DNA of 32,000 nt from Tepidanaerobacter acetatoxydans (GTDB lineage: Bacteria; Bacillota; Thermosediminibacteria; Thermosediminibacterales; Tepidanaerobacteraceae). The DNA lies in NCBI GenBank assembly GCA_022840405.1, contig JALHJR010000022.1:1-32000 (forward strand). The letters run 5' to 3'. The translations under genes were made by a program, and so were the position numbers. Below the pieces are notes generated by a model. That model searched no databases. It saw only the letters and a program-made list of their open reading frames with translations, and had not been told where the DNA came from. Shown here piece by piece: positions 8,850 to 16,931 of this stretch (positions are counted from its first letter, which is position 1; the number at the start of each line of letters is the position of its first letter).

Positions 8850-10167
8850 AAATAACTTTGACTACGTTTATTCTCTTTTGGATGATATAATCACTATAAA
8901 ACCAAAAGGCAGAATATCTAAGATTGTCGGACTTACGATTGAGTCTGAAGGTCCTCCGGCGGAGCTGGGTGAGATTTGTATAATAAAATCTCCTAAAAAT
9001 CCAAAGTCTATTTTTTCAGAAGTAGTAGGTTTTCGCGATGAAATCGTAATTTTGATGCCGTTAGGCGATATGGAAGATCTTGGTCCTGGGTGGGATGTTG
9101 AAGCTACAGGGAAAAAAATGACGACTCCAGTCGGTGATGAGCTTTTAGGAAGAGTGCTGGACGGTTTAGGTAATCCTATTGATGACAAGGGGCCTTTAAA
9201 GGCAAAATTGCACTATCCGGTTTCTAATAATCCACCTAATCCGGTTGAACGTCCAATAATCAGTGAACCGCTTCCCGTCGGAGTTAGGGCCATTGACGCA
9301 TTATTAACCTGTGGTATAGGTCAAAGGCTTGGGATTTTTGCAGGAAGTGGCGTAGGGAAAAGCACGCTCTTAGGTATGATTGCCCGAAATACAAAAGCTG
9401 ATGTTAATGTGATAGCTTTGGTCGGGGAGAGGGGAAGAGAATTAAACTCTTTTATAACAAAAGACTTGGGAGAAGAAGGTGTAAAAAGGTCTGTTATTGT
9501 AGTAGCTACTTCTGATAAGCCACCCTTGGTAAGGACTAGGGCAGCTTTTACTGCAACTGCCATAGCGGAATATTTTAGGGATCAAGGAGCAAATGTACTA
9601 TTAATGATGGATTCAATAACAAGATTTGCTATGGCACAGAGGGAGGTTGGCTTAGCTGCAGGTGAACCTCCGGTAACTAGAGGGTATACTCCTTCGGTTT
9701 ATGCAACCCTTCCAAAACTTTTAGAAAGGGCAGGAACGTCTGCTAAAGGCTCAATAACTGGGATTTATACGGTTTTAGTCGATGGCGACGATTTAAATGA
9801 ACCTATCTCAGATGCAGTTCGAGGCATTTTAGACGGTCATATAATTTTATCAAGAGAACTTGCAAACAAGAATCATTATCCTGCCATAGACGTAATGGCA
9901 AGCATAAGCAGACTTATGAATGATATTGTTACTCCAAACCACCGGAAACTGGCGGGCAGAGTAAAAAACATACTTTCAGTTTATAAAGAAGCAGAAGACC
10001 TGATAAACATAGGAGCATATGTAAAAGGCAATAATCCTCAGATTGATGAGTCAATGAAGTATATCGATAAAATAGAAAAGTTTTTGAAACAGGAAGTAGA
10101 CGAAAAAATTGACTTTGAACAGACTATAAATGCATTAGAAAGAATATTTAAGGATGAAAAACTATGA
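8839..10167 (+). CDS. fliI: Flagellum-specific ATPase FliI
   Basis: Walker A GSGVGKST, Walker B region VLLMMDSITRFA, and F1/T3SS-ATPase-like core. Overlaps fliH by 11 nt. Confidence 0.96.
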   Translation: MMHKNNFDYVYSLLDDIITIKPKGRISKIVGLTIESEGPPAELGEICIIKSPKNPKSIFSEVVGFRDEIVILMPLGDMEDLGPGWDVEATGKKMTTPVGDELLGRVLDGLGNPIDDKGPLKAKLHYPVSNNPPNPVERPIISEPLPVGVRAIDALLTCGIGQRLGIFAGSGVGKSTLLGMIARNTKADVNVIALVGERGRELNSFITKDLGEEGVKRSVIVVATSDKPPLVRTRAAFTATAIAEYFRDQGANVLLMMDSITRFAMAQREVGLAAGEPPVTRGYTPSVYATLPKLLERAGTSAKGSITGIYTVLVDGDDLNEPISDAVRGILDGHIILSRELANKNHYPAIDVMASISRLMNDIVTPNHRKLAGRVKNILSVYKEAEDLINIGAYVKGNNPQIDESMKYIDKIEKFLKQEVDEKIDFEQTINALERIFKDEKL

Positions 10168-10634
10168 AGAAATTTTACTTTAAATTAGAAACTCCTTTAA
10201 GAATAAAACAGCTTAAAGAAAAGACGGAAAAGCAAAAACTTGCTGAGGCGGTTATTAAAAAGAGTGAAGAGGAAAAGCATTTGGTTCAATTGGAACGGTC
10301 AAAAAAAAAGGTATGGGAAGGAATTGAAAAAAAACTATCCAATTCAGTTGAAACGAGAGTATTATCAGACTATAGCATGTATGCTTCTCATATGACATCC
10401 CAAATTAATGAACAAAAGATTACCGTCAAACAAGCTCATGATATTTATGAAAAAAGGAGACTTTCCTATTTAGCTCATAGGAAAGAAAAGCAAATCTTCG
10501 AAAAGATTAAAGAAAAAAAATATGTCGATTATAATAAGAAAGTAAATAATGAAGAACAAAAGATTAGTGACGAGGTTGCTAATATAAATTATAGTCGTTT
10601 AGAGAGGAATACACCTGATGAAAAATATTTTTAG
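10164..10634 (+). CDS. fliJ: Flagellar export chaperone-like protein FliJ
   Basis: 156-aa Lys/Glu-rich coiled-coil protein with N-terminal KFYFKLETPLRIK. 4-nt ATGA overlap with fliI. Canonical position. Confidence 0.8.
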   Translation: MKKFYFKLETPLRIKQLKEKTEKQKLAEAVIKKSEEEKHLVQLERSKKKVWEGIEKKLSNSVETRVLSDYSMYASHMTSQINEQKITVKQAHDIYEKRRLSYLAHRKEKQIFEKIKEKKYVDYNKKVNNEEQKISDEVANINYSRLERNTPDEKYF

Positions 10635-11181
10635 CGGCAAAAATATTATCATACTTGGAATAATAGTAGTTTTAATTATTGTAGCAATTTGCCTTTTTTT
10701 CTTTAAATTCTATGATTTTAATAGATTACATCCTTCGGTAAAAGCTGTTTTTTCTAAGCTTCCCATTTTAAAAAATAAAGTAGCTTCTGAACAATTTAGC
10801 GAAATGCAAGAAGATGATAAAATCTCTGAAGAGGAAAAAGAGAGAATAGAAGAAGAATGGTTAGAAATAGAAAAACAAAAACAGGAAATAAAAAATAAGG
10901 AATCGGAACTACTTAAAAAACAAGCAGAGCTTGAAGCTTTGGAACAAGAACTTGAAGTTGCCAAGGGAAAGCTGGAAACGCAGATGGAAAGTATTAAAGA
11001 CTTAGCCCAGTATTATGAATTGATGGAAGCAAGGAATGCTGCTAAGATTTTAGAAAACATAGAAGATGAATTCTTAATACAGCTATTTCAAAATATGAAA
11101 AAAGAAACAGTTTCTGAAATTTTATCAAACCTTGATCCACAAAAAGCCGCTTCGATTACCAAAAAAATGAGCGGCCTATGA
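10618..11181 (+). CDS. Membrane-anchored flagellar protein with MgtE_N-like domain (YlxF/FlbB/MotE-like)
   Basis: N-terminal TM (IIILGIIVVLIIVAICLFFF), an acidic coiled coil, and C-terminal AKILENIEDEFLIQLFQNMKKETVSEILSNLDPQKAASITKKM resembling MgtE intracellular N-domain repeats. It occupies the ylxF slot between fliJ and fliK. Confidence 0.65.
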   Translation: MKNIFSGKNIIILGIIVVLIIVAICLFFFKFYDFNRLHPSVKAVFSKLPILKNKVASEQFSEMQEDDKISEEEKERIEEEWLEIEKQKQEIKNKESELLKKQAELEALEQELEVAKGKLETQMESIKDLAQYYELMEARNAAKILENIEDEFLIQLFQNMKKETVSEILSNLDPQKAASITKKMSGL

Positions 11182-11214
11182 ATAAACTATTATTATTGAA
11201 GGGAGGTGATAAAC

Positions 11215-12531
11215 ATGGAAATGGCATTGCAAGCTTTTGAAGTAGCGTGTGACCCAGTTGGTAACTTTAATGGAAAGAAATCAAATACCGCTAAAAGCTC
11301 AAAATGCTTTGAAGATCATCTTGAAAGTATAAGAAAAATAATTGAAAAAGACTTGAGTATTGATGATAATGATATGAAGATGCAAGAAAACGATGCTTTT
11401 TTGATACAACTATTAAATCTATTAAATATCAATGTTCAAATCGAGGATTTTCAAGCAGTAGCTAACAGTCAAATGCCTAATGCAGATTTAAATCTTAATG
11501 CAGATTTGGCTAACCCTTGTAATAATACGGAGCTTCACCAAAATAAGTTAATTCAATGCTGGCAAGAAATACTGCAGGAATTCAGTATAAACGGTGATGT
11601 GACTCAAGATACTGCCGAAATATTCTATTTGGCAATGAAAAAGGCTTTTCCAACAAATATGCCGGAAATAGATTCAAAAGAAATACATGCATTGCTCAAC
11701 GAAATACTTACAAATACTAAGCCGGAAATAGAGCAAACCGAAGGCCTTGCAAGGTATAGTAATGGTGACAAGCTTTTCGGGGAGCATAATTCATCAACAC
11801 CTAATTTATTAGTCCAGGACAAGCATGAAAAGAGTAGTCTTGAAAAGTTCGATATTCACAATTTAACAGATAAAGAAGAAAACAGTTCACCTACTACTTA
11901 CGCCAGGGACAATAATGTTGAAAAAGTTTTTGGAGATGAATATGGTTTAAAAAACAATCAGATTATATATGATGATAAAAACTTGGCAGAATCACTATAT
12001 TTGGATGCTGCTAATACATCCGTAAAGGAATCAGCCGCTGTTTCCCAAAACGATAAAATTAGTCCAACTCTATTTTTCACGGAAAACAGCCAAACCACTG
12101 AAATATTAAATCAATTGGTGGACAAGATGCACTTTGTTTTAGAAGGTGAAACCCAACAGGTAAACATCAGGCTGAAACCGGATTATCTTGGTAATGTGTT
12201 AATAAAAGTATTCACAGATAAAGATAAGTTGAAAGCTGAACTTTTTGTAGAAAATACACAAGTAAGAGATATACTCAAACTTCATGCTATTGATTTTCAA
12301 CATCAAATTAAACAGCAGGGATATAGTGTTTCAGAAATAAATGTATATAAGTTGTCGGATGAATTGGAAATGGGAGCATTCAATCAACAGCCAAATAGCA
12401 ACAGCAGTTATAATAAATCCAAAGGCGTACGAAGTATTTTCAACAAACAAGAACCAGAAAATCGAGAGGTTCTGATACAGGACTACTATGATCAATGGGG
12501 AAATGTCAGCAGAATAAACTATAAAGTATGA
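11215..12531 (+). CDS. fliK: Flagellar hook-length control protein FliK
   Basis: ORF 11206..12531, with the start set at ATG 11215 (GGGAGGTGAT at 11201-11210). The N-terminal two-thirds is low-complexity and variable. C-terminal hook-length-control type domain: VNIRLKPDYLGNVLIKVFTDKDKLKAELFVENTQVRDILK. Position is before flgD. Confidence 0.78.
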   Translation: MEMALQAFEVACDPVGNFNGKKSNTAKSSKCFEDHLESIRKIIEKDLSIDDNDMKMQENDAFLIQLLNLLNINVQIEDFQAVANSQMPNADLNLNADLANPCNNTELHQNKLIQCWQEILQEFSINGDVTQDTAEIFYLAMKKAFPTNMPEIDSKEIHALLNEILTNTKPEIEQTEGLARYSNGDKLFGEHNSSTPNLLVQDKHEKSSLEKFDIHNLTDKEENSSPTTYARDNNVEKVFGDEYGLKNNQIIYDDKNLAESLYLDAANTSVKESAAVSQNDKISPTLFFTENSQTTEILNQLVDKMHFVLEGETQQVNIRLKPDYLGNVLIKVFTDKDKLKAELFVENTQVRDILKLHAIDFQHQIKQQGYSVSEINVYKLSDELEMGAFNQQPNSNSSYNKSKGVRSIFNKQEPENREVLIQDYYDQWGNVSRINYKV

Positions 12532-12543
12532 GGATGTGATATT

Positions 12544-12930
12544 GTGTCAATAATCAATACTGACTATTATTACACAGCAAACCAAGAACAGAAACTAGGA
12601 ACGACAAATTTGGATAAAGATGACTTTCTAAAGCTTCTGGTTACCCAATTGAGGTATCAAGATCCGTTGGAGCCTATGGACAACAATGAGTATATCGCTC
12701 AACTGGCTCAATTTAGTTCCTTAGAGCAAATGCAAAATCTTAATATACAAATGGCCAGCCTTTCCGCTATAAGCACAATAGGTAAAACAGCAAAAGCTGT
12801 AGTTGAACAAAATGAAATTGAGGGCACTATAAAAGGGATTACCTTTGATAGAGGAAGTGTAAACTTGATAATTAGCAATGAAGATAGTGAAGTAAAGGTA
12901 CCTATTGAAAATGTGGCTGAGATAAGGTAA
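12544..12930 (+). CDS. flgD: Flagellar hook capping/assembly protein FlgD (short form)
   Basis: GTG start. Hallmark FlgD motif KDDFLKLLVTQLRYQDPLEPMDNNEYIAQLAQFSSLEQ. Confidence 0.88.
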   Translation: MSIINTDYYYTANQEQKLGTTNLDKDDFLKLLVTQLRYQDPLEPMDNNEYIAQLAQFSSLEQMQNLNIQMASLSAISTIGKTAKAVVEQNEIEGTIKGITFDRGSVNLIISNEDSEVKVPIENVAEIR

Positions 12931-12945
12931 AAGAGGTGGGGGCAT

Positions 12946-13329
12946 ATGCAGGATTATTCTAAAATACAATCCGGAAAGAATATTGGTATTTCACCGATTT
13001 CAACAGGGGTAAAAAAGCTACAAACGATTCCTGAAAAAGGCTTTGATCAAATTCTTCAGCAAAAGATAGAAGATAAAGAACTTAAAATATCGCAGCATGC
13101 TCAAATGCGCATGAATATGCGAAACATCAAGTTAACAAAAGATCAAAAGGAAATGATTAATAGTGCTGTAGATAAAGCTGAGCAAAAGGGTGTAAGAGAA
13201 TCGCTTATATTGATGAATGATATGGCTTTTGTTGTTAGTATAAAAAACCGAACAGTAATTACAGCTATGAATGGAGACAGCGTAAAAGAGAATGTGTTTA
13301 CAAATATAGACGGTGCCGTAATTTTATAA
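12946..13329 (+). CDS. Small conserved flagellar-operon protein of unknown function (TIGR02530-like, flgD-flgE interposed)
   Basis: 127-aa ORF with a good SD (GAGGTGGGGG at 12933-12942). As I recall the family description, an uncharacterised flagellar operon protein family is typically found exactly between flgD and flgE in Firmicutes and some other phyla. The assignment rests on position and size, not on a verified alignment. Confidence 0.6.
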   Translation: MQDYSKIQSGKNIGISPISTGVKKLQTIPEKGFDQILQQKIEDKELKISQHAQMRMNMRNIKLTKDQKEMINSAVDKAEQKGVRESLILMNDMAFVVSIKNRTVITAMNGDSVKENVFTNIDGAVIL

Positions 13330-13400
13330 GCCGGACCGTAAGGAGGCTTAAGCTCCGGACTGACTGAAGGAGTAGGCACCAAAAATAAGGAGGAGTTTTT

Positions 13401-14639
13401 ATGATGCGGTCAATGTTTTCTGGGGTAACAGGCCTCAGAAATCATCAGGTAAAAATGGACGTTATAGGAAATAACATTGCAAATGTTAATACAGTCGGAT
13501 TTAAAAAAAGCAGAGTTACATTTCAGGATACCTTAAGTCAAACTATGCGCGGAGCTGCATCGCCTCAAGGAAATCGCGGCGGTACTAATCCAATGCAAGT
13601 AGGACTAGGCATGACAATTGCATCGATTGATACCATACACTCACCAAGCAGCGCAGAATATACCGGTAACATGACTGATTTATCTATTGAAGGTGACGGA
13701 TACTTTATCGTTGGTGACGGCCTCGATATGTTCTATACTAGAGCGGGGAACTTTGGATTCGACAAAAACGGCAATCTAATAAATACTGCTAACGGCCTTA
13801 AAGTCATGGGCTGGCAGGATACGGAAAAGCATGAAGTTCCTGCGGATAAATCACCACAGTCAATTAGAAGTATAGAAATCAGGAAAGGCATGATGATTCC
13901 TGCGTCAGCAACGACTGAAATCAATTTCGCAAAAAACCTTAATGCCGAAACAGAAAATAATGGAACATATTCACTACCATTTAAAGTATACGATTCTCTG
14001 GGATGTGCTCATAACTTAACAATTGAATTTACCAAAACAAATGCTAATGAATGGAATTACAATATCACTTCCACCGATAGCAATGTTACTAATATAGCCA
14101 ATAATACTGGAACAATAACATTTGACAACGATGGTAACTGCAATATTCCTGCGGGAGGAACAATGACATTTGATCTTGCTAATGGAGCTGACAATATGTC
14201 AATTAGTATAGATTTTTCCGGTACTACACAATACGCCAAGGAAACAAATATTGATCTTTCCTATCAAAACGGGTACCCTGCAGGAACTCTGACGGATGTT
14301 ACCACTGATACTACCGGAGTTATAACCGGCATCTTTGATAATGGTTACAACAGGCAGTTAGCACAAGTGGCTCTTGCAAATTTTGATAACCCAGCAGGCC
14401 TGATAAAAGCAGGACAAAATATGTACCGCTACTCGAATAACTCTGGAGAACCGCAAATCGGTGAAAGCGGTACCGGCGGACGAGGTGCGATTGCTCCTGG
14501 GTATTTAGAAATGTCTAATGTAGATCTTTCTGAAGAGTTTACTCAAATGATAATAACACAAAGAGGTTTTCAAGCTAATTCGCGTATAATTACAACATCT
14601 GATGAAATGCTTCAAGAATTGGTTAATCTAAAGAGATAA
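13401..14639 (+). CDS. flgE: Flagellar hook protein FlgE
   Basis: N-terminal MRSMFSGVTGLRNHQVKMDVIGNNIANVNTVGFK and C-terminal GYLEMSNVDLSEEFTQMIITQRGFQANSRIITTSDEMLQELVNLKR rod/hook family domains. SD AAGGAGGAG is 7 nt upstream. Confidence 0.94.
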   Translation: MMRSMFSGVTGLRNHQVKMDVIGNNIANVNTVGFKKSRVTFQDTLSQTMRGAASPQGNRGGTNPMQVGLGMTIASIDTIHSPSSAEYTGNMTDLSIEGDGYFIVGDGLDMFYTRAGNFGFDKNGNLINTANGLKVMGWQDTEKHEVPADKSPQSIRSIEIRKGMMIPASATTEINFAKNLNAETENNGTYSLPFKVYDSLGCAHNLTIEFTKTNANEWNYNITSTDSNVTNIANNTGTITFDNDGNCNIPAGGTMTFDLANGADNMSISIDFSGTTQYAKETNIDLSYQNGYPAGTLTDVTTDTTGVITGIFDNGYNRQLAQVALANFDNPAGLIKAGQNMYRYSNNSGEPQIGESGTGGRGAIAPGYLEMSNVDLSEEFTQMIITQRGFQANSRIITTSDEMLQELVNLKR

Positions 14640-14650
14640 GATTAAAATAA

Positions 14651-14676
14651 CCGGGCTTGATAAAAGTCAAGCCCGG
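14651..14676 (+). other. Perfect 10-bp GC-rich stem-loop immediately downstream of flgE (no U-tract on the plus strand)
   Basis: CCGGGCTTGA-TAAAAG-TCAAGCCCGG. The stem halves are exact reverse complements (7 G:C pairs). It starts 12 nt after the flgE stop and is followed by AAATGAGGTG (the flbD SD), not by a T-run. On the minus strand it would be followed by TTATTTTAAT. Confidence 0.75.
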
Positions 14677-14695
14677 AAATGAGGTGTCAAATAGT

Positions 14696-14881
14696 ATGAT
14701 CGAACTGACTAGGCTAAACGGTACGAAATTTGTTTTAAATGCCGAATTGATTGAAAGTGTAGAATCTACGCCCGACACCGTCATAACATTAACCACAGAT
14801 AAGAAACTTGTAGTTTTAGAGAAAAAAGACGAGATTATCAATAAATTTATACAATACAAAAAACGTATTTTTTCGCAGTAG
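14696..14881 (+). CDS. flbD: Flagellar protein FlbD (SwrD-like)
   Basis: ORF 14657..14881 trimmed to ATG 14696 (SD GAGGTG at 14681-14686). MIELTRLNGTKFVLNAELIESVESTPDTVITL is the typical FlbD N-terminus. The extended ORF start would run through the hairpin. Confidence 0.85.
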   Translation: MIELTRLNGTKFVLNAELIESVESTPDTVITLTTDKKLVVLEKKDEIINKFIQYKKRIFSQ

Positions 14882-14916
14882 AACTTGTAAAATTTTGAAG
14901 GGATGTGCAGCAAAGA

Positions 14917-15714
14917 ATGGATTTAGCTACGATAATCGGTATTATAAGCGGCATTATATTGTTTGTGTGGGCCATTTTTATGGGAGGAACATTAATGGCA
15001 TTCATAAATATCCCTTCTGCTATGATAGTAATTGGCGGTACTATAGCGGCCACACTAGTCAACTATCCTTTCTCAAAATTCACCAGTCTAATGAAAATCA
15101 TAAAGATTGTATTTACTGAAAAACCTATTGATGCCGGTGATGTAATAAGAACCATTATAAGCCTTGCCGAAACTGCCCGTCGAGAAGGACTGCTTGCACT
15201 CGAAGATGCTGCTTATCAGTTAAAAGATGATTTTATGCAAAAGGGTATATTGCTGATTGTCGATGGTACGGATCCCGAGTTGGTAAAAAATATAATGGAA
15301 ACCGAACTTGCTTTTTTAGAGGAAAGACATAGCGAAGGACAAGGAATTTTGGAAACAATGGGTGCACTAGCTCCGGCTTTTGGTTTAATAGGAACAATTA
15401 TTGGGCTTATAAATATGTTGAAAAACTTGGATAGCCCTGAATTAATAGGCCCGGGAATGTCAGTAGCTCTGATTACTACCTTTTATGGTTCATTAGTCGC
15501 AAATTTATTTTTTATACCCATGGCCGGAAAGCTTAAAGTGAGAAGCCGTGAAGAAATACTCATTAAGGAAGTAATGATAGAGGGCATGCTATCCATACAA
15601 GCAGGTGAAAACCCAAGAATTATTGAGGAAAAATTAAAGGCATTTTTAGCGCCTGCTAGCAGAGAGCATGTGAACTCAAATAAAGATATTGAAAGCGGTG
15701 AAGATATTGCCTGA
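14917..15714 (+). CDS. motA: Flagellar stator protein MotA
   Basis: ORF from GTG 14905. ATG 14917 gives the usual MDLATIIGI N-terminus. MotA/TolQ/ExbB channel motifs APAFGLIGTIIGLI and ALITTFYGSLVANL are present. Confidence 0.9.
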   Translation: MDLATIIGIISGIILFVWAIFMGGTLMAFINIPSAMIVIGGTIAATLVNYPFSKFTSLMKIIKIVFTEKPIDAGDVIRTIISLAETARREGLLALEDAAYQLKDDFMQKGILLIVDGTDPELVKNIMETELAFLEERHSEGQGILETMGALAPAFGLIGTIIGLINMLKNLDSPELIGPGMSVALITTFYGSLVANLFFIPMAGKLKVRSREEILIKEVMIEGMLSIQAGENPRIIEEKLKAFLAPASREHVNSNKDIESGEDIA

Positions 15715-16450
15715 CAGCAGACGGCGAAGTAATAAAAATGATAAACAAGCAGCAGGTTCTCCTGCGTGGATGACTACTTACAGTGATTTAATCACACAAG
15801 TTCTTATATTCTTCGTGCTGATGTTTTCACTCTCAAGTGTTGACCAAAAGAAATTTGACATGGCAATGCTTTCACTGCAGGGTTCATTAGGGATAATCGA
15901 AGGCGGTATGACTTTAAGCGAAGGAGATTTTATCGAAGCAGGAGATGCAGGAAGTTTTCTGATTTCTGCAGAGGAACAAAGGGAATTTGAGTTATTAGAA
16001 GAAAAAATTCAAAAAATCATAGATGAAGATAATATAGGTGGTGTCCAGGTTAATTTAGATGAGCGTGGGCTGGTCGTAAGATTTGTCGAGGGAGTTTTGT
16101 TTAATTCAGGCAAAGCGGCTATAAGGAATGATGCAAAAGAAATTCTGGATAAACTTGCACCATTGCTTATTGAAAGCCACAGACAAATAAGAATTGAAGG
16201 TCATACGGACAACTTACCCATACATACAAGTGAATTTCCTTCAAACTGGGAATTATCAACTGCAAGAGCCGTAAATGTTGTAAAATATATGATAGAAAAG
16301 CATAACTTATCCCCATATATTATATCGGCTGCAGGTTATAGTGAATATAGACCGATAGCTCCCAATGATTCGGAAAAAAACAGGGCTTTGAATCGACGCG
16401 TGGACATTATAATTTTAAAATCCGCATCTGAAGCAGAGGAACCTAAGTAA
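15707..16450 (+). CDS. motB: Flagellar stator protein MotB (OmpA-like peptidoglycan-binding C-domain)
   Basis: ORF 15689..16450. The start is uncertain: TTG 15707 overlaps the motA stop, and GTG 15698 or TTG 15689 are alternatives. TM segment WMTTYSDLITQVLIFFVL carries the conserved Asp. OmpA-like region: IRIEGHTDN..SNWELSTARA..NRRVDIIIL. Confidence 0.88.
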   Translation: MPDSRRRSNKNDKQAAGSPAWMTTYSDLITQVLIFFVLMFSLSSVDQKKFDMAMLSLQGSLGIIEGGMTLSEGDFIEAGDAGSFLISAEEQREFELLEEKIQKIIDEDNIGGVQVNLDERGLVVRFVEGVLFNSGKAAIRNDAKEILDKLAPLLIESHRQIRIEGHTDNLPIHTSEFPSNWELSTARAVNVVKYMIEKHNLSPYIISAAGYSEYRPIAPNDSEKNRALNRRVDIIILKSASEAEEPK

Positions 16451-16465
16451 AGGAGGATAATAAGT

Positions 16466-16927
16466 TTGGCAACACAGAATAACCCAGAAAAAAAGGATAA
16501 GAGCAAATTGCAAAACCTGATAATGATTGTATTGCTTTTATTTATTTTAATGTTGCTAACTAGTGGAGTTGCATATTTTGTAGCAAAAAACATAGCCGGC
16601 AACAATAATAAAACAGTTGTAGAACAATCCAAAAGTAACATAACCTATGATGCAGGAGAATTTCTTACAAATTTATCCGATAAGGGATATATAAGATTAT
16701 CTTTGGTTTATCTATTAAATAGTAAAGACGTGGAAAATGAACTTGAATTAAAAGAAAGCGAAATAAGAGATAAAATTTTTGTAATACTTAGATCTGAAAC
16801 TTATGATTCAATTAAAGATAGTAAAGGCATGGAGAATTTAAGAAAAAAAATTAAAGAGTCCTTAAACCAAATTCTAAATGATGGAAGTATTGTCGATGTG
16901 TACTTTACAAGCATTATTGTAAATTAA
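16466..16927 (+). CDS. fliL: Flagellar basal body-associated protein FliL
   Basis: TTG start 8 nt after AAGGAGGA. Single N-terminal TM (IMIVLLLFILMLLTSGVAYFV) and FliL-type C-domain (FLTNLSD..YIRLSLVYLL..IRDKIFVILRS). Position is before fliM. Confidence 0.85.
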   Translation: MATQNNPEKKDKSKLQNLIMIVLLLFILMLLTSGVAYFVAKNIAGNNNKTVVEQSKSNITYDAGEFLTNLSDKGYIRLSLVYLLNSKDVENELELKESEIRDKIFVILRSETYDSIKDSKGMENLRKKIKESLNQILNDGSIVDVYFTSIIVN

Positions 16928-16931
16928 GTGG

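Noticed and set aside
14895-15119. 74-aa plus-strand ORF overlapping the start of motA in another frame.
   Set aside because: The motA frame has clear family motifs. The alternative frame gives a Tyr/Cys/His-rich nonsense-like peptide with no support.
16322-16329. Exact GCCGATAT on the minus strand (inside motB), and GCCGATAA on the plus strand at 26489-26496, as possible sigma-D -10 elements.
   Set aside because: Neither has a TAAA -35 element at 14-16 nt. The minus-strand one would drive antisense transcription with no target gene.
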